A stretch of 64,000 bases of DNA from Escherichia coli (GTDB taxonomy: Bacteria; Pseudomonadota; Gammaproteobacteria; Enterobacterales; Enterobacteriaceae): NCBI RefSeq assembly GCF_009931435.1, contig NZ_CP043414.1, one strand, 5' to 3'. Each line of letters starts with the position of its first letter. The first letter of the stretch is position 1. Below the pieces are notes generated by a model. It searched no databases, was not told the DNA's origin, and worked only from the letters and a program-made list of their open reading frames with translations. Below are positions 23,850-36,813 of the stretch, in pieces. A program made the position numbers and the translations under genes.

Positions 23850-24062
23850 AACTGTAACCTTCGAATTATGGAGTCAGAGACAATCTCAGACACGAATGCT
23901 TCTATCATATCACTACACGGCGTTGGCTTCAGCCATTCGCCAAAAGTGAGATTGATGGACGTTATTTATCCTGAATTTTGCAGAAGTGTTAACGCGTCAT
24001 CTCGTCGCAACCTATAAGTTTGGGTAATATGTGCTGGAATTTGCCCTGTCTGGAGAATCGCA

Positions 24063-25259
24063 ATGCGTGGAGAATTTTATCAGCAGTTAACCAACGATCT
24101 GGAAACCGCAAGGGCGGAAGGGTTGTTTAAAGAAGAGCGCATTATTACGTCTGCGCAACAAGCAGACATCACTGTGGCTGATGGAAGCCACGTCATTAAC
24201 TTTTGTGCCAATAACTATCTCGGACTGGCGAATCATCCGGATCTGATTGCGGCGGCAAAGGCGGGAATGGATTCTCACGGTTTCGGCATGGCTTCAGTAC
24301 GTTTTATCTGCGGCACTCAGGACAGCCATAAAGAGCTTGAACAAAAACTGGCGGCCTTCCTGGGGATGGAAGATGCGATTCTCTACTCTTCCTGCTTTGA
24401 TGCTAACGGTGGCCTGTTCGAAACGCTGTTGGGCGCGGAAGACGCCATTATCTCCGACGCACTGAACCACGCGTCTATTATTGATGGTGTGCGTCTGTGC
24501 AAAGCTAAACGCTATCGTTATGCCAACAACGATATGCAGGAGCTGGAAGCACGTCTGAAAGAAGCGCGTGAAGCCGGTGCGCGTCATGTGCTGATTGCCA
24601 CCGATGGTGTGTTCTCGATGGACGGCGTGATTGCCAACCTGAAAGGTGTTTGCGATCTGGCAGATAAATACGATGCCCTGGTGATGGTAGACGACTCCCA
24701 CGCCGTTGGTTTTGTCGGTGAAAATGGTCGTGGTTCCCATGAATACTGCGATGTGATGGGCCGGGTCGATATTATCACCGGCACGCTCGGTAAAGCGCTG
24801 GGCGGGGCGTCTGGTGGTTATACCGCGGCGCGCAAAGAAGTGGTTGAGTGGCTGCGCCAGCGTTCTCGTCCGTACCTGTTCTCCAACTCGTTGGCACCGG
24901 CCATTGTTGCCGCTTCCATCAAAGTGTTGGAGATGGTTGAAGCGGGTAGCGAGCTGCGTGACCGTCTGTGGGCGAACGCGCGTCAGTTCCGTGAGCAAAT
25001 GTCGGCGGCGGGCTTTACCCTGGCGGGTGCCGATCACGCCATTATTCCGGTCATGCTTGGCGATGCTGTAGTGGCGCAAAAATTTGCACGTGAACTGCAA
25101 AAAGAGGGCATTTACGTCACCGGTTTCTTCTATCCGGTCGTTCCGAAAGGTCAGGCGCGTATTCGTACCCAGATGTCTGCGGCGCATACCCCTGAGCAAA
25201 TTACGCGTGCGGTAGAAGCGTTCACGCGTATTGGTAAACAACTGGGCGTAATCGCCTGA
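24063..25259 (+). CDS. kbl: 2-amino-3-ketobutyrate CoA ligase (glycine C-acetyltransferase)
   Basis: ORF track 398 aa [38 protein letters not shown]...; PLP-lysine region TLGKALGG. Confidence 0.95.
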   Translation: MRGEFYQQLTNDLETARAEGLFKEERIITSAQQADITVADGSHVINFCANNYLGLANHPDLIAAAKAGMDSHGFGMASVRFICGTQDSHKELEQKLAAFLGMEDAILYSSCFDANGGLFETLLGAEDAIISDALNHASIIDGVRLCKAKRYRYANNDMQELEARLKEAREAGARHVLIATDGVFSMDGVIANLKGVCDLADKYDALVMVDDSHAVGFVGENGRGSHEYCDVMGRVDIITGTLGKALGGASGGYTAARKEVVEWLRQRSRPYLFSNSLAPAIVAASIKVLEMVEAGSELRDRLWANARQFREQMSAAGFTLAGADHAIIPVMLGDAVVAQKFARELQKEGIYVTGFFYPVVPKGQARIRTQMSAAHTPEQITRAVEAFTRIGKQLGVIA

Positions 25260-25272
25260 GTGAGGATGTGAG

Positions 25273-26298
25273 ATGAAAGCGTTATCCAAACTGAAAGCGG
25301 AAGAGGGCATCTGGATGACCGACGTTCCTGAACCGGAACTCGGACATAACGATCTGCTGATTAAAATCCGTAAAACAGCCATCTGCGGGACTGACGTTCA
25401 CATCTATAACTGGGATGAGTGGTCGCAAAAAACCATCCCAGTACCGATGGTTGTAGGCCATGAATATGTCGGTGAGGTGGTTGGCATCGGTCAGGAAGTG
25501 AAAGGCTTCAAGATCGGCGATCGCGTTTCTGGCGAAGGCCATATCACTTGTGGTCATTGCCGCAACTGTCGTGGTGGCCGTACCCATTTGTGCCGCAACA
25601 CGATAGGCGTTGGTGTTAATCGCCCGGGCTGCTTCGCCGAATATCTGGTGATTCCGGCGTTCAACGCTTTCAAAATCCCCGACAATATCTCCGATGATCT
25701 GGCTTCCATTTTTGATCCCTTCGGTAACGCCGTGCATACCGCGCTGTCGTTTGATCTGGTGGGCGAGGATGTGCTGGTCTCTGGTGCAGGCCCGATTGGT
25801 ATTATGGCGGCGGCGGTGGCGAAACACGTTGGTGCACGTAACGTGGTGATCACGGATGTTAATGAATACCGCCTTGAGTTGGCGCGTAAAATGGGTATCA
25901 CCCGTGCGGTTAACGTCGCTAAAGAGAACCTCAATGATGTGATGGCAGAGTTAGGCATGACCGAAGGCTTTGATGTCGGTCTGGAAATGTCCGGTGCGCC
26001 GCCAGCGTTTCGTACCATGCTCGACACCATGAACCACGGCGGTCGCATTGCGATGCTGGGTATTCCACCGTCTGATATGTCTATCGACTGGACCAAAGTG
26101 ATCTTTAAAGGCTTGTTCATTAAAGGTATTTACGGTCGTGAGATGTTTGAAACCTGGTACAAGATGGCGGCGCTGATTCAGTCTGGCCTCGATCTCTCGC
26201 CGATCATTACCCATCGTTTCTCTATCGATGATTTCCAGAAGGGCTTTGACGCTATGCGTTCGGGCCAGTCCGGGAAAGTTATTCTGAGCTGGGATTAA
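25273..26298 (+). CDS. tdh: L-threonine 3-dehydrogenase
   Basis: ORF track 341 aa [50 protein letters not shown]... Confidence 0.95.
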   Translation: MKALSKLKAEEGIWMTDVPEPELGHNDLLIKIRKTAICGTDVHIYNWDEWSQKTIPVPMVVGHEYVGEVVGIGQEVKGFKIGDRVSGEGHITCGHCRNCRGGRTHLCRNTIGVGVNRPGCFAEYLVIPAFNAFKIPDNISDDLASIFDPFGNAVHTALSFDLVGEDVLVSGAGPIGIMAAAVAKHVGARNVVITDVNEYRLELARKMGITRAVNVAKENLNDVMAELGMTEGFDVGLEMSGAPPAFRTMLDTMNHGGRIAMLGIPPSDMSIDWTKVIFKGLFIKGIYGREMFETWYKMAALIQSGLDLSPIITHRFSIDDFQKGFDAMRSGQSGKVILSWD

Positions 26299-26325
26299 TA
26301 CGAACAAGGGCTGGAATACCAGCCC

Positions 26326-26470
<145 letters not shown>

Positions 26471-26709
26471 TACAATCTGAAAATCCAAAATACCAGCCCT
26501 TTTATCTGAGGATAATCCGTTAAATATGTAAAATCCTGTCAGTGTAATAAAGAGTTCGTAATTGCGCTGATCTCTTATATAGCTGTTCTCATTATCTCTC
26601 TACCCTGAAGTGACTCTCTCACCTGTAAAAATAATATCTCACAGGCTTAATGGTTTCTTAATACAAAGCCTGTAAAACATCAGGATAACTTCAGAGGTCG
26701 TCGGTATTT

Positions 26710-27744
26710 ATGATGAACAGCACCAATAAACTCAGTGTTATTATCCCGTTATATAATGCGGGAGATGATTTCCGTACTTGCATGGAATCTTTAATCGCGC
26801 AAACCTGGACTGCTCTGGAAATCATTATTATTAACGATGGTTCAACGGATAATTCTGTTGAAATAGCAAAGCATTACGCGGAAAACTATCCGCACGTTCG
26901 TTTGCTGCATCAGGCGAATGCCGGCGCATCGGTGGCGCGTAATCGTGGGATCGAGGCGGCGACGGGTAAATATGTCGCTTTTGTCGATGCTGACGATGAG
27001 GTCTATCCCACTATGTACGAAACGCTGATGACCATGGCGTTAGAGGACGACCTCGACGTGGCGCAGTGCAACGCTGACTGGTGTTTTCGTGAAACGGGAG
27101 AAACCTGGCAGTCCATCCCCAGCGATCGCCTTCGCTCAACCGGCGTATTAACCGGCCCGGACTGGCTGCGAATGGGGCTTTCTTCCCGCCGTTGGACTCA
27201 TGTTGTCTGGATGGGCATTTATCGTCGTGATGTCATTGTTAAAAATAACATTAAATTTATTGCCGGATTACATCATCAGGATATTGTCTGGACAACAGAA
27301 TTTATGTTTAACGCGCAACGCGTGCGATATACCGAGCAATCGTTATATAAATATTATTTGCATAATACGTCAGTGAGCCGATTGAATAGACAGGGAAATA
27401 AAAACCTTAATTATCAACGCCACTATATTAAGATTACCCGACTGTTGGAAAAGTTAAATCGCGATTACGCAGACAGAATAGTGATTTACCCGGAATTTCA
27501 TCAACAAATAACTTACGAAGCATTACGTGTTTGCCATGCGGTACGTAAAGAGCCAGATATTATTACCCGCCAACGGATGATTGCTGAGATATTTACTTCC
27601 GGTATGTATAAGCGACTGATTTTCAATGTACGCAGCATAAAGGTGGGTTATCAGGCGTTACTGTGGTCTTTCCGCTTATGGCAATGGCGCGACAAAACGC
27701 GGTCGCACCATCGCATTACGCGTAGCGCCTTTAATTTGCGCTAG
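26710..27744 (+). CDS. waaH: GT2-family glycosyltransferase WaaH (YibD)
   Basis: ORF track 344 aa [49 protein letters not shown]...; conserved position after tdh. Confidence 0.9.
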   Translation: MMNSTNKLSVIIPLYNAGDDFRTCMESLIAQTWTALEIIIINDGSTDNSVEIAKHYAENYPHVRLLHQANAGASVARNRGIEAATGKYVAFVDADDEVYPTMYETLMTMALEDDLDVAQCNADWCFRETGETWQSIPSDRLRSTGVLTGPDWLRMGLSSRRWTHVVWMGIYRRDVIVKNNIKFIAGLHHQDIVWTTEFMFNAQRVRYTEQSLYKYYLHNTSVSRLNRQGNKNLNYQRHYIKITRLLEKLNRDYADRIVIYPEFHQQITYEALRVCHAVRKEPDIITRQRMIAEIFTSGMYKRLIFNVRSIKVGYQALLWSFRLWQWRDKTRSHHRITRSAFNLR

Positions 27745-28690
27745 CGTTAAGTTTTGCCGCTTCGGGCTGCTTGCCCCAGCCTTGCCACTGATGCTGGAAG
27801 TAAACGATCAGCGTGCTCTGGCTGATGCTTTCGCTTAATACTTCAAAGAAGCGATTAGCATAAACCGGTTCCAGCGGTTTCTTCGGTTTACACAGTTTCA
27901 CGCCACGGAACGGATTACGCGGTGCGTCGGGCACAGTGTTTTTCGGCGGTGTAGACGTATCAACCTGCGGTTCATTCAGCAAGCTGCTGGCTTTCACCAG
28001 CGTAATGTCTGGCGGCAGGTTATAAACCATCTGTTGTAGCACGCGTACCGTTGAAGGGTGAGGATGCCCAATGGCAATGGTTGAACCGTTGCGACGCGCC
28101 AGGTCAATTGCGCGATTGAACTGCACACGGATGTCTGCTTCGTTCTGTGAATCGTCGAGGAACACCTTCCGTTTAATAACCTTCACGCCAGTACCTTGCG
28201 CGGCGCGCATCGCCTGGGTATTACCGATGGTTACGCTGTCGAGGAAGTAAAGATTGTAACGCTCCAGAGCCTGCATCACTTTCTGCATACCAAACAGGTT
28301 AGAGGTCATCTTGCTACCCATGTGGTTGTTGATCCCCACGGCATAGGGCACGTTATTGACCGCACTACGAATAATGCGCTCAATTTCGTCGCTGCTCATC
28401 TCCGGGCGCAGCGTATTTTTCTCCAGCGGCTGTTTACTCAACGGTGCCATTGGCAGATGAATCAACACTTCGTGACCGCTGTTATGCGCTTTGGTCGCCA
28501 TCTCTCTGGCGTGCGGTGAATCGGGTAATACAGCGACGGAGATAGCGGAAGGCATCGCCAGCACCTGGTTTTCGTTGTGCGGGCGATACCCAAAATCATC
28601 AATGACGATGGCAAGTTTGCCAGCAAGTACGGGGGAGGAGAGCGCCAACAGAGCGGCAAATGCAAGAACGTTACGACGAAATGGAAACAA
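27731..28690 (-). CDS. yibQ: divergent polysaccharide deacetylase family protein YibQ
   Basis: ORF track 319 aa (TTG start) [41 protein letters not shown]...; signal peptide. Confidence 0.9.
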   Translation of the reverse strand: MFPFRRNVLAFAALLALSSPVLAGKLAIVIDDFGYRPHNENQVLAMPSAISVAVLPDSPHAREMATKAHNSGHEVLIHLPMAPLSKQPLEKNTLRPEMSSDEIERIIRSAVNNVPYAVGINNHMGSKMTSNLFGMQKVMQALERYNLYFLDSVTIGNTQAMRAAQGTGVKVIKRKVFLDDSQNEADIRVQFNRAIDLARRNGSTIAIGHPHPSTVRVLQQMVYNLPPDITLVKASSLLNEPQVDTSTPPKNTVPDAPRNPFRGVKLCKPKKPLEPVYANRFFEVLSESISQSTLIVYFQHQWQGWGKQPEAAKLNASAN

Positions 28691-28693
28691 AAC

Positions 28694-29953
28694 TTATCTT
28701 CCCAACCACGGCTGTGGATTGACCGCCTGACCCTGGCGGCGAATTTCGAAATAGAGTGAAGGCCGACCCTGACCGCCACTGCTGCCCACCAGTGCAATTG
28801 GCTGGCCCGCGCGAACCTGCGAACCAACGCTCACCAGTGCGCTCTGATTATAGCCGTAAAGACTCATGTCGCCTTTACCATGCTCAACCACCACCACCAG
28901 ACCGTAGCCTTGCAGCCAGTCAGCCAGAATCACCCGACCGTCGGCAATCGCTTTAACTTCAGTACCTTCAGAAGCACCAATCACCATCCCTTTCCAGCGC
29001 AGCTCACCCTGTAGCTGCTCGCCATAACGATGCAGCGTCGGCCCGCGAACCGGCCAGAATGCCTGACCACGCGGCGCTCCCAGGCCACCAGTTCGGGACA
29101 TCAGCGATTTTTCGCTTTCGGTCGGTTTGTAGGTGGTGCCTTTGCGCGTCGCTTCTTTCTGACGGTCGCGAACCGCCTGGGCTTCGCGCGCCTCACGTTC
29201 AGCACGCGCTTTCGCTGCCGCTTCCGCACGGGCAATGCTGTTACGTAGACGAGATTCGTTGGCGCGCAGCTCGCTCAACTGTTGTTGACCTTGCTGGATG
29301 GAAGACTCTAGCCCAGCCAGCGTCTTTTTACGCTCGTTCAGCGCCTGGGTCAGCTTCGCCTGTTGGGCGCGCTGCTCATATAACAGCGTTTGTTGCTCGC
29401 TCTGTTTCTCTTCCAGCTCGGCGCGTTGCATAGCGACTTCTTCACGCGTTTGTTTCAACTGAGCAATGGTTTCTTGTCGCGCCTGGTTGAGATAGCCGAA
29501 ATAAGCCTGTAAACGCTGTCCACGCTGGCTTTCTTCACCGCTGAGAATCAGCTGAATACCGGTATGCTCGCCCTGACGGAATGCGGCATCCAGTTGTGCG
29601 GCGAGGCTGCGCTCCTGGGCGGCTTTTTGCTGCTCCAGTTTGGCAATCGACGCGTTCATCTCATCAATCTGTTTATTCAGTTGATTGAGCGTGTTTTGCG
29701 TTTCGCGCAGCTTGCGAGTGGCTTCAGAGATCGCTTCTTCCTGCTTTTTCAATTGTGCGAGCAGGCTTGCGCGTTGTTGTTGCTTTTGGCGTACCGCGCG
29801 CTCTTTCGCGGCGATATCGGCCTGAATAGATTTGAGTTGGTCGCGATCATCCGCGTGGGCGGAAAAGGCGCACAACAATACGCCAGCGCTAAGAACGCTG
29901 GCGTAGATGATGGGCCTGATTGCAAACCTGCGCGGTTTCACGGCCCGTGTCAT
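28694..29953 (-). CDS. envC: murein hydrolase activator EnvC (LytM-domain)
   Basis: ORF track 28694..29977; canonical start MTRAVKPRRFAIRPIIYASVLSAGVLLCAFSAHA, long coiled-coil then a C-terminal LytM-like domain. Confidence 0.95.
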   Translation of the reverse strand: MTRAVKPRRFAIRPIIYASVLSAGVLLCAFSAHADDRDQLKSIQADIAAKERAVRQKQQQRASLLAQLKKQEEAISEATRKLRETQNTLNQLNKQIDEMNASIAKLEQQKAAQERSLAAQLDAAFRQGEHTGIQLILSGEESQRGQRLQAYFGYLNQARQETIAQLKQTREEVAMQRAELEEKQSEQQTLLYEQRAQQAKLTQALNERKKTLAGLESSIQQGQQQLSELRANESRLRNSIARAEAAAKARAEREAREAQAVRDRQKEATRKGTTYKPTESEKSLMSRTGGLGAPRGQAFWPVRGPTLHRYGEQLQGELRWKGMVIGASEGTEVKAIADGRVILADWLQGYGLVVVVEHGKGDMSLYGYNQSALVSVGSQVRAGQPIALVGSSGGQGRPSLYFEIRRQGQAVNPQPWLGR

Positions 29954-29986
29954 GGTATTAATCGCCTTTCCCCTCATGGGGAGGGA

Positions 29987-31531
29987 TTATTCCACGATGA
30001 ACAGCGGCTTACCAGTCATCTCTTGCGGGATTTCCATACCCATCAGCGACAACATGGTCGGCGCGATGTCAGAAAGTTTGCCGCCTTCAACCGCTTTCAC
30101 GTTCTTATCGCCAACGTAAATCAGCGGAACAGGCAGGTTGGTGTGCGCTGTGTGCGCCTGACCCGTTGCCGGATCGCGCATCTGTTCAGCGTTACCGTGG
30201 TCAGCGGTGATCAGCAGTTGTCCACCTACAGACTCAACCGCTTTCGCAACTTCATCCACGCAGTGATCCAGCGCTTCAACGGCTTTAACCGCTGCTTCCA
30301 TCACCCCGGTGTGACCTACCATGTCGCCGTTAGGATAGTTACAGATGATAGTGTCGTATTTGCCGCTCTTGATGGCCGCAACCAGTTTTTCGGTCAGCTC
30401 TGCGGAGCTCATTTCTGGCTGCAGGTCGTAAGTTGCCACTTTCGGCGAGTTGATCAGAATGCGGTCTTCGCCTTTGAACGACTCTTCTACACCACCGTTA
30501 AAGAAGAAAGTGACGTGAGCATATTTTTCGGTTTCGGAAATACGCAGTTGAGTTTTGTCGTTTTTCGCCATCCACTCGCCGAAGGTGTTAACCAGAGAAG
30601 CTGGCGGGTAAGCAACCGCAGTTTTGATATCAGCGGCGTATTCGGTCAGCATCACGAAATCGATGTTAACCACTTTCTTACGCGCGAAGCCGTCGAAATC
30701 AGCGTTCACGAAAGCACGAGTGATTTCACGCGCGCGGTCAGCACGGAAGTTCATGAAAATCAGCGCATCGCCATCTTCCATTGCCGCGTCTGGCTGGCCT
30801 TCAGCACGGATAACGGTCGCTTTCACGAATTCGTCGTTTTCGTCGCGAGCATAAGCAGCCTGCAAACCAGCAACGGCGGTATCGGCCTGGAACTCACCCT
30901 GCGCCAGAGTTAGCAGGTCATACGCTTTTTCAACGCGATCCCAACGGTTATCGCGGTCCATGGCGTAGTAACGACCAATGATGGACGCTACGCGGCCTTT
31001 GCCCAGCGCGGCAAATTTTTCTTCGAATTTTTTCAGCGAGGATTCAGCACTGCGCGGTGGAGTGTCGCGACCGTCAAGGAATGCGTGCAGGTAGATTTTT
31101 TCTGCGCCGCGTTCAGCGGCCAGTTCTACCATCGCCATGATGTGATCTTCGTGGCTGTGTACACCACCTGCGGAGAGCAGACCCATAATGTGTACTGCTT
31201 TGCCTGCGTTTTTCGCTTTATCTACCGCACCAGTCAGCACCGGATTAGCGAAGAAAGCGCGATCTTTGATTTCAACGTCCAGACGAGTCAGGTCCTGATA
31301 CACGATGCGGCCGGCACCCAGGTTAACGTGACCTACTTCGGAGTTACCCATCTGACGGTCAGGCAGACCGACTTCCAGACCGGAAGCGTCGATCAGGGTA
31401 TGCGGACGATTGGCCCACAGTGCATCCATTACCGGGGTTTTAGCACTAAAAATGGCGTTATCCTGCTGTTCTTCGCGATAGCCATAGCCATCCAGAATCA
31501 CCAGTACCATAGGTTTTTTAGAAACCGACAT
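29987..31531 (-). CDS. gpmM: 2,3-bisphosphoglycerate-independent phosphoglycerate mutase
   Basis: ORF track 29987..31675; canonical 514-aa start [28 protein letters not shown] 48 codons inside the track ORF. Confidence 0.95.
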   Translation of the reverse strand: MSVSKKPMVLVILDGYGYREEQQDNAIFSAKTPVMDALWANRPHTLIDASGLEVGLPDRQMGNSEVGHVNLGAGRIVYQDLTRLDVEIKDRAFFANPVLTGAVDKAKNAGKAVHIMGLLSAGGVHSHEDHIMAMVELAAERGAEKIYLHAFLDGRDTPPRSAESSLKKFEEKFAALGKGRVASIIGRYYAMDRDNRWDRVEKAYDLLTLAQGEFQADTAVAGLQAAYARDENDEFVKATVIRAEGQPDAAMEDGDALIFMNFRADRAREITRAFVNADFDGFARKKVVNIDFVMLTEYAADIKTAVAYPPASLVNTFGEWMAKNDKTQLRISETEKYAHVTFFFNGGVEESFKGEDRILINSPKVATYDLQPEMSSAELTEKLVAAIKSGKYDTIICNYPNGDMVGHTGVMEAAVKAVEALDHCVDEVAKAVESVGGQLLITADHGNAEQMRDPATGQAHTAHTNLPVPLIYVGDKNVKAVEGGKLSDIAPTMLSLMGMEIPQEMTGKPLFIVE

Positions 31532-31775
31532 TGCGACAACCTCATACTCAAGAGTCAAAATTTGCGTAATTTTACTACAGCTGAATCGATAAAATAGCCT
31601 CTGAAGATCAAAATATACGACCGCTCGCGGCAAGCCGATGCCAGATTTACGCTTTTTTTTCGTAGCGCCCCGCAAAATTGCATTCCAGTTAACGCGCTGG
31701 CTGTATTTGCCGCACCGCGCAGGTATACTCCTTTCCTGGTTTTTTTAATCACTACGTCGGGAGTTGTTACCCCCC

Positions 31776-32207
31776 ATGCAAGAAATTATGCAATTTGTTG
31801 GCCGTCATCCCATACTGAGTATCGCCTGGATCGCGTTACTGGTGGCGGTTCTTGTGACTACGTTTAAGAGCCTGACCTCGAAAGTGAAGGTGATTACTCG
31901 TGGTGAAGCTACACGTCTGATCAACAAAGAAGACGCTGTGGTTGTGGATTTACGTCAGCGTGATGACTTCCGTAAAGGCCATATCGCAGGTTCTATCAAT
32001 CTGTTGCCGAGCGAAATCAAAGCCAATAATGTTGGTGAGCTTGAGAAGCACAAAGACAAGCCGGTTATCGTGGTAGACGGTTCTGGCATGCAGTGCCAGG
32101 AGCCTGCAAACGCGCTGACGAAAGCAGGTTTTGCGCAAGTATTCGTGCTGAAAGAGGGCGTCGCTGGCTGGGCTGGTGAAAACTTGCCTCTGGTGCGCGG
32201 CAAATAA
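31776..32207 (+). CDS. yibN: rhodanese-domain inner-membrane protein YibN
   Basis: ORF track 31764..32207; start [30 protein letters not shown] at ATG 31776. Confidence 0.9.
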
Positions 32208-32347
32208 TTTACCTGTCGTCTTTCATGATGCAGGCCGTTAGCTGCAATTAGGCCCCCTGAAACTTATTGTTATAAGCTTCTGGGGACACTCCATTTTGCT
32301 GCCGCCCTGCAACATGAAATTTCAGGGTAAAAAACAGGAGCTAATTT

Positions 32348-32599
32348 ATGGCCAATGTTGAAATCTATACCAAAGAAACCTGCCCGTATTGCCATCGTGC
32401 GAAAGCACTGCTGAGCAGCAAGGGTGTGAGTTTTCAGGAGTTGCCGATCGATGGCAACGCCGCTAAGCGTGAAGAGATGATCAAACGCAGCGGTCGCACC
32501 ACGGTTCCCCAGATTTTTATTGACGCACAGCACATTGGCGGCTGTGATGACTTGTATGCATTGGATGCACGTGGTGGACTGGATCCCCTGCTGAAATAA
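32348..32599 (+). CDS. grxC: glutaredoxin 3
   Basis: ORF track 83 aa [45 protein letters not shown]... (CPYC active site). Confidence 0.97.
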
Positions 32600-32661
32600 C
32601 GTGTGAACGTTGGCATTACATTGCGCAGTATTTAAGGACAACACTTAAGGGTTTTCGACAC

Positions 32662-33129
32662 ATGTCAGAACAAAACAACACTGAAATGACTTTCCAGATC
32701 CAACGTATTTATACCAAGGATATCTCTTTCGAAGCGCCGAATGCGCCGCACGTTTTCCAGAAAGATTGGCAGCCAGAAGTTAAACTTGATCTGGATACGG
32801 CATCTTCTCAACTGGCAGATGACGTTTACGAAGTGGTACTGCGTGTTACCGTAACGGCATCCCTGGGCGAAGAAACTGCGTTCCTGTGCGAAGTGCAGCA
32901 GGGCGGTATTTTCTCCATCGCGGGTATCGAAGGCACCCAGATGGCACATTGCCTGGGCGCATACTGCCCGAACATTCTGTTCCCGTATGCTCGTGAGTGC
33001 ATCACCAGCATGGTATCCCGCGGTACATTCCCGCAACTGAACCTTGCGCCGGTTAACTTCGATGCGCTGTTCATGAACTATTTGCAGCAGCAGGCTGGCG
33101 AAGGTACTGAAGAACATCAGGATGCCTGA
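32662..33129 (+). CDS. secB: protein-export chaperone SecB
   Basis: ORF track 155 aa [49 protein letters not shown]... Confidence 0.97.
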
Positions 33130-34148
33130 TGAACCAACGTAATGCTTCAATGACTGTGATCGGTGCCGGCTCGTACGGCACCGCTCTTGCCATCACCCTG
33201 GCAAGAAATGGCCACGAGGTTGTTCTCTGGGGCCATGACCCTGAACATATCGCGACGCTTGAACGCGACCGCTGTAACGCCGCGTTTCTCCCCGATGTGC
33301 CTTTTCCCGATACGCTCCATCTTGAAAGCGATCTCGCTACCGCACTGGCAGCCAGCCGTAATATTCTTGTCGTCGTGCCAAGCCATGTCTTTGGTGAAGT
33401 GCTGCGCCAGATTAAACCGCTGATGCGCCCTGATGCGCGTCTGGTGTGGGCGACCAAAGGTCTGGAAGCGGAAACCGGACGTTTGTTACAGGACGTGGCG
33501 CGTGAGGCGTTAGGCGATCAAATTCCGCTGGCGGTTATCTCTGGCCCAACGTTTGCGAAAGAACTGGCGGCAGGTTTACCGACGGCTATTTCGTTGGCCT
33601 CTACCGACCAAACCTTTGCTGATGATCTTCAGCAGTTGCTGCACTGTGGTAAAAGTTTCCGCGTTTACAGCAACCCGGATTTCATTGGCGTGCAACTTGG
33701 CGGCGCGGTGAAAAACGTCATTGCCATTGGCGCGGGAATGTCCGATGGTATCGGTTTTGGTGCGAATGCGCGTACGGCGCTGATCACTCGTGGGCTGGCT
33801 GAGATGTCGCGTCTTGGCGCGGCGCTGGGTGCCGATCCTGCCACCTTTATGGGCATGGCGGGGCTGGGCGATTTGGTGCTTACCTGTACCGACAACCAGT
33901 CGCGTAACCGCCGTTTTGGCATGATGCTCGGTCAGGGCATGGATGTACAAAGCGCGCAGGAGAAGATTGGTCAGGTGGTTGAAGGCTACCGCAATACGAA
34001 AGAAGTCCGCGAACTGGCGCATCGCTTCGGCGTTGAAATGCCAATAACCGAGGAAATTTATCAAGTATTATATTGCGGAAAAAACGCGCGCGAGGCAGCA
34101 TTGACTTTACTAGGTCGTGCACGCAAGGACGAGCGCAGCAGCCACTAA
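33129..34148 (+). CDS. gpsA: NAD(P)H-dependent glycerol-3-phosphate dehydrogenase
   Basis: ORF track 339 aa [44 protein letters not shown]...; start overlaps the secB stop (TGATG). Confidence 0.95.
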   Translation: MNQRNASMTVIGAGSYGTALAITLARNGHEVVLWGHDPEHIATLERDRCNAAFLPDVPFPDTLHLESDLATALAASRNILVVVPSHVFGEVLRQIKPLMRPDARLVWATKGLEAETGRLLQDVAREALGDQIPLAVISGPTFAKELAAGLPTAISLASTDQTFADDLQQLLHCGKSFRVYSNPDFIGVQLGGAVKNVIAIGAGMSDGIGFGANARTALITRGLAEMSRLGAALGADPATFMGMAGLGDLVLTCTDNQSRNRRFGMMLGQGMDVQSAQEKIGQVVEGYRNTKEVRELAHRFGVEMPITEEIYQVLYCGKNAREAALTLLGRARKDERSSH

Positions 34149-34227
34149 ACCCAGGGAACCTTTGTTACCGCTATGACCCGGCCCGCGCAGAACGGGCTGG
34201 TCATTATCTTATCGTGTGGAGTAAGCA

Positions 34228-35049
34228 ATGTCGTGTGAAGAACTGGAAATTGTCTGGAACAATATTAAAGCTGAAGCCAGAACGCTGGCGGACTGTGAAC
34301 CAATGCTGGCCAGTTTTTACCACGCAACGCTACTCAAGCACGAAAACCTGGGCAGTGCACTGAGTTACATGTTGGCGAACAAGCTGTCATCGCCAATTAT
34401 GCCTGCCATTGCTATCCGTGAAGTGGTGGAAGAAGCCTACGCCGCCGACCCGGAAATGATCGCTTCTGCGGCCTGTGATATTCAGGCAGTGCGTACCCGC
34501 GACCCGGCAGTCGATAAATACTCAACCCCATTGTTATATCTGAAAGGTTTTCATGCCTTGCAGGCCTATCGCATCGGTCACTGGCTGTGGAATCAGGGCC
34601 GTCGCGCACTGGCTATTTTTCTGCAAAACCAGGTTTCTGTGACGTTCCAGGTGGATATTCATCCGGCGGCAAAAATTGGTCGCGGTATCATGCTCGACCA
34701 CGCGACGGGCATTGTGGTGGGTGAAACTGCGGTGATTGAAAATGACGTGTCGATTCTGCAATCCGTTACCCTTGGCGGTACGGGAAAATCTGGCGGCGAC
34801 CGTCACCCGAAAATTCGTGAAGGCGTGATGATTGGCGCAGGTGCGAAAATTCTCGGCAATATTGAAGTTGGGCGCGGTGCGAAGATTGGCGCAGGTTCCG
34901 TGGTGCTGCAACCGGTACCGCCACATACCACCGCCGCTGGCGTTCCGGCACGCATTGTCGGTAAACCAGACAGCGATAAGCCATCAATGGATATGGATCA
35001 GCATTTCAACGGCATTAACCATACGTTTGAATATGGGGATGGGATCTGA
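34228..35049 (+). CDS. cysE: serine O-acetyltransferase
   Basis: ORF track 273 aa MSCEELEIVWNNIKAEARTLADCEPMLASFYHATLLKHENLGSAL...; hexapeptide-repeat C-terminus. Confidence 0.95.
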   Translation: MSCEELEIVWNNIKAEARTLADCEPMLASFYHATLLKHENLGSALSYMLANKLSSPIMPAIAIREVVEEAYAADPEMIASAACDIQAVRTRDPAVDKYSTPLLYLKGFHALQAYRIGHWLWNQGRRALAIFLQNQVSVTFQVDIHPAAKIGRGIMLDHATGIVVGETAVIENDVSILQSVTLGGTGKSGGDRHPKIREGVMIGAGAKILGNIEVGRGAKIGAGSVVLQPVPPHTTAAGVPARIVGKPDSDKPSMDMDQHFNGINHTFEYGDGI

Positions 35050-35063
35050 CGTCCTGTAATTGT

Positions 35064-35092
35064 GCCGGATGCGATGTAATCATCTATCCGGC
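35064..35092. terminator. stem-loop between convergent cysE and trmL (candidate terminator)
   Basis: GCCGGAT ... ATCCGGC 7-bp inverted repeat around a 15-nt loop; weak, no strong T-run. Confidence 0.3.
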
Positions 35093-35101
35093 ATACAGTA
35101 A

Positions 35102-35575
35102 CTAATCTCTCAACACCGCTCCCGGATACCCCAGCTGCCGCCAGGCTTCATACACCACGACCGACACCGCATTGGACAGGTTCATGCTGCGGCTGTCCGG
35201 CACCATTGGAATGCGAATTTTTTGTTCAGCGGGCAGGGCATCGAGAATGCTTGCGGGCAGGCCGCGTGTTTCCGGGCCAAACATCAGATAGTCGCCATCC
35301 TGATAACTTACGGCGCTGTGTGCGGGTGTGCCTTTCGTGGTGAGGGCAAACAGACGCTGGGGATTTTCTGCTTCCAGGAACGCAGCATAGTTATGATGAC
35401 GCGTAACGGCGGTAAATTCGTGGTAGTCCAGTCCTGCGCGGCGCAGGCGCTTGTCGTCCCAGGCAAATCCCATCGGTTCGATGATATGCAGACGAAAGCC
35501 GGTATTAGCGCAAAGACGGATGATGTTGCCAGTATTTGGCGGAATTTCTGGTTCGTAAAGTACGATGTTTAGCAT
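35102..35575 (-). CDS. trmL: tRNA (cytidine/uridine-2'-O)-methyltransferase TrmL
   Basis: ORF track 157 aa [54 protein letters not shown]... Confidence 0.95.
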   Translation of the reverse strand: MLNIVLYEPEIPPNTGNIIRLCANTGFRLHIIEPMGFAWDDKRLRRAGLDYHEFTAVTRHHNYAAFLEAENPQRLFALTTKGTPAHSAVSYQDGDYLMFGPETRGLPASILDALPAEQKIRIPMVPDSRSMNLSNAVSVVVYEAWRQLGYPGAVLRD

Positions 35576-35622
35576 ACTGCCCCCTTAGTGCGGGGGCAGG
35601 ATAGCAGATATTCATCTAACTC

Positions 35623-36813
35623 TTAAGCCGCATTCCCTTTCGCCATCGGAGCCAGCGCCGCAGGCAACTCTTTACCCAGCCCCTGCACCAGCGAATCTTG
35701 CGTAATTTCACTGATCGATTTTGCGCCAGTCAGTGTCATTGCCACTTTCATCTCTTTTTCGATCAGATTCAGCAGATTTGCCACGCCCGCCTGGCCCGCC
35801 GTTGCCAGCGCATACAGGAAAGCACGACCCAGCAGTACAGTATCGGCACCGAGTGCAATCATACGCACGACATCAAGCCCGTTACGAATGCCGCTATCTG
35901 CCAGAATGGCGATATCACCTTTCACCGCATCTGCAATAGCAGGCAACGCACGGGCAGAAGAGAGTACACCGTCCAGCTGGCGGCCACCGTGGTTAGAAAC
36001 CACAATGCCATCTGCGCCAAAACGTACCGCATCACGCGCATCTTCTGGGTCGAGGATCCCTTTGATCACCATCGGGCCATCCCAGAAATCGCGGATCCAC
36101 TCAAGGTCTTTCCATGAGATAGAAGGATCGAAGTTATTCCCTAGCCAGCCGATGTAATCTTCCAGTCCGGTCGGTTTGCCGAGATAAGCCGAGATATTAC
36201 CGAGATCATGCGGACGACCATTCAGGCCCACATCCCACGCCCATTGCGGATGCGTTACCGCCTGCAAGTAGCGGCGCATTGCCGCGTTCGGGCCGCTCAT
36301 TCCAGAGTGCGCATCACGGTAACGCGCACCAGGCGTTGGCATATCCACGGTGAAAACCAGCGTCGAGCAGCCTGCCGCTTTTGCACGCTCCAGCGCGTTA
36401 CGCATAAAGCCGCGATCGCGCAGCACATATAACTGGAACCACATCGGACGCTTGATGGCGGGGGCGACTTCTTCAATTGGGCAAACAGAAACGGTCGAGA
36501 GAGTAAACGGAATGCCATGTGCATCCGCTGCTTTTGCGGCCTGAACTTCGCCGCGTCGCGCATACATGCCACACAAACCTACCGGACCTAGCGCCACCGG
36601 CATCGACAATTTCTCATTAAACAGCGTCGTTTCCAGGCTTAAGTCGGACATGTTTTTCAGAATTCGCTGGCGCAGCGCCACCTCTGACAAATCTTCCACG
36701 TTGCGGCGCAGGGTGTATTCAGAATATGCCCCCCCATCCATATAGTGGAACAGGAATGGCGGCAGAATGCGTTGTGCTGCGGCGCGATAATCGCTGGCTG
36801 CGGAAATAATCAT
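35623..36813 (-). CDS. lldD: L-lactate dehydrogenase (FMN-dependent)
   Basis: ORF track 396 aa [42 protein letters not shown]... Confidence 0.95.

Noticed and set aside
24294-25382. 362-aa ORF on the minus strand
   Set aside because: Antisense to kbl and the start of tdh; no independent support.
26524-26709. Possible Pho box upstream of waaH (CTGTCAG... and CTGTAAAAATAATATCTCACAG)
   Set aside because: waaH is reported as phosphate-starvation induced, but the matches to the CTGTCAT-N4-CTGTCAT direct-repeat consensus here are partial and I could not place a convincing site by eye.
29564-30913. 449-aa ORF on the plus strand
   Set aside because: Lies entirely antisense to gpmM, whose minus-strand frame matches a well-known enzyme over its full length; the plus-strand translation is low-complexity with no recognisable motifs.
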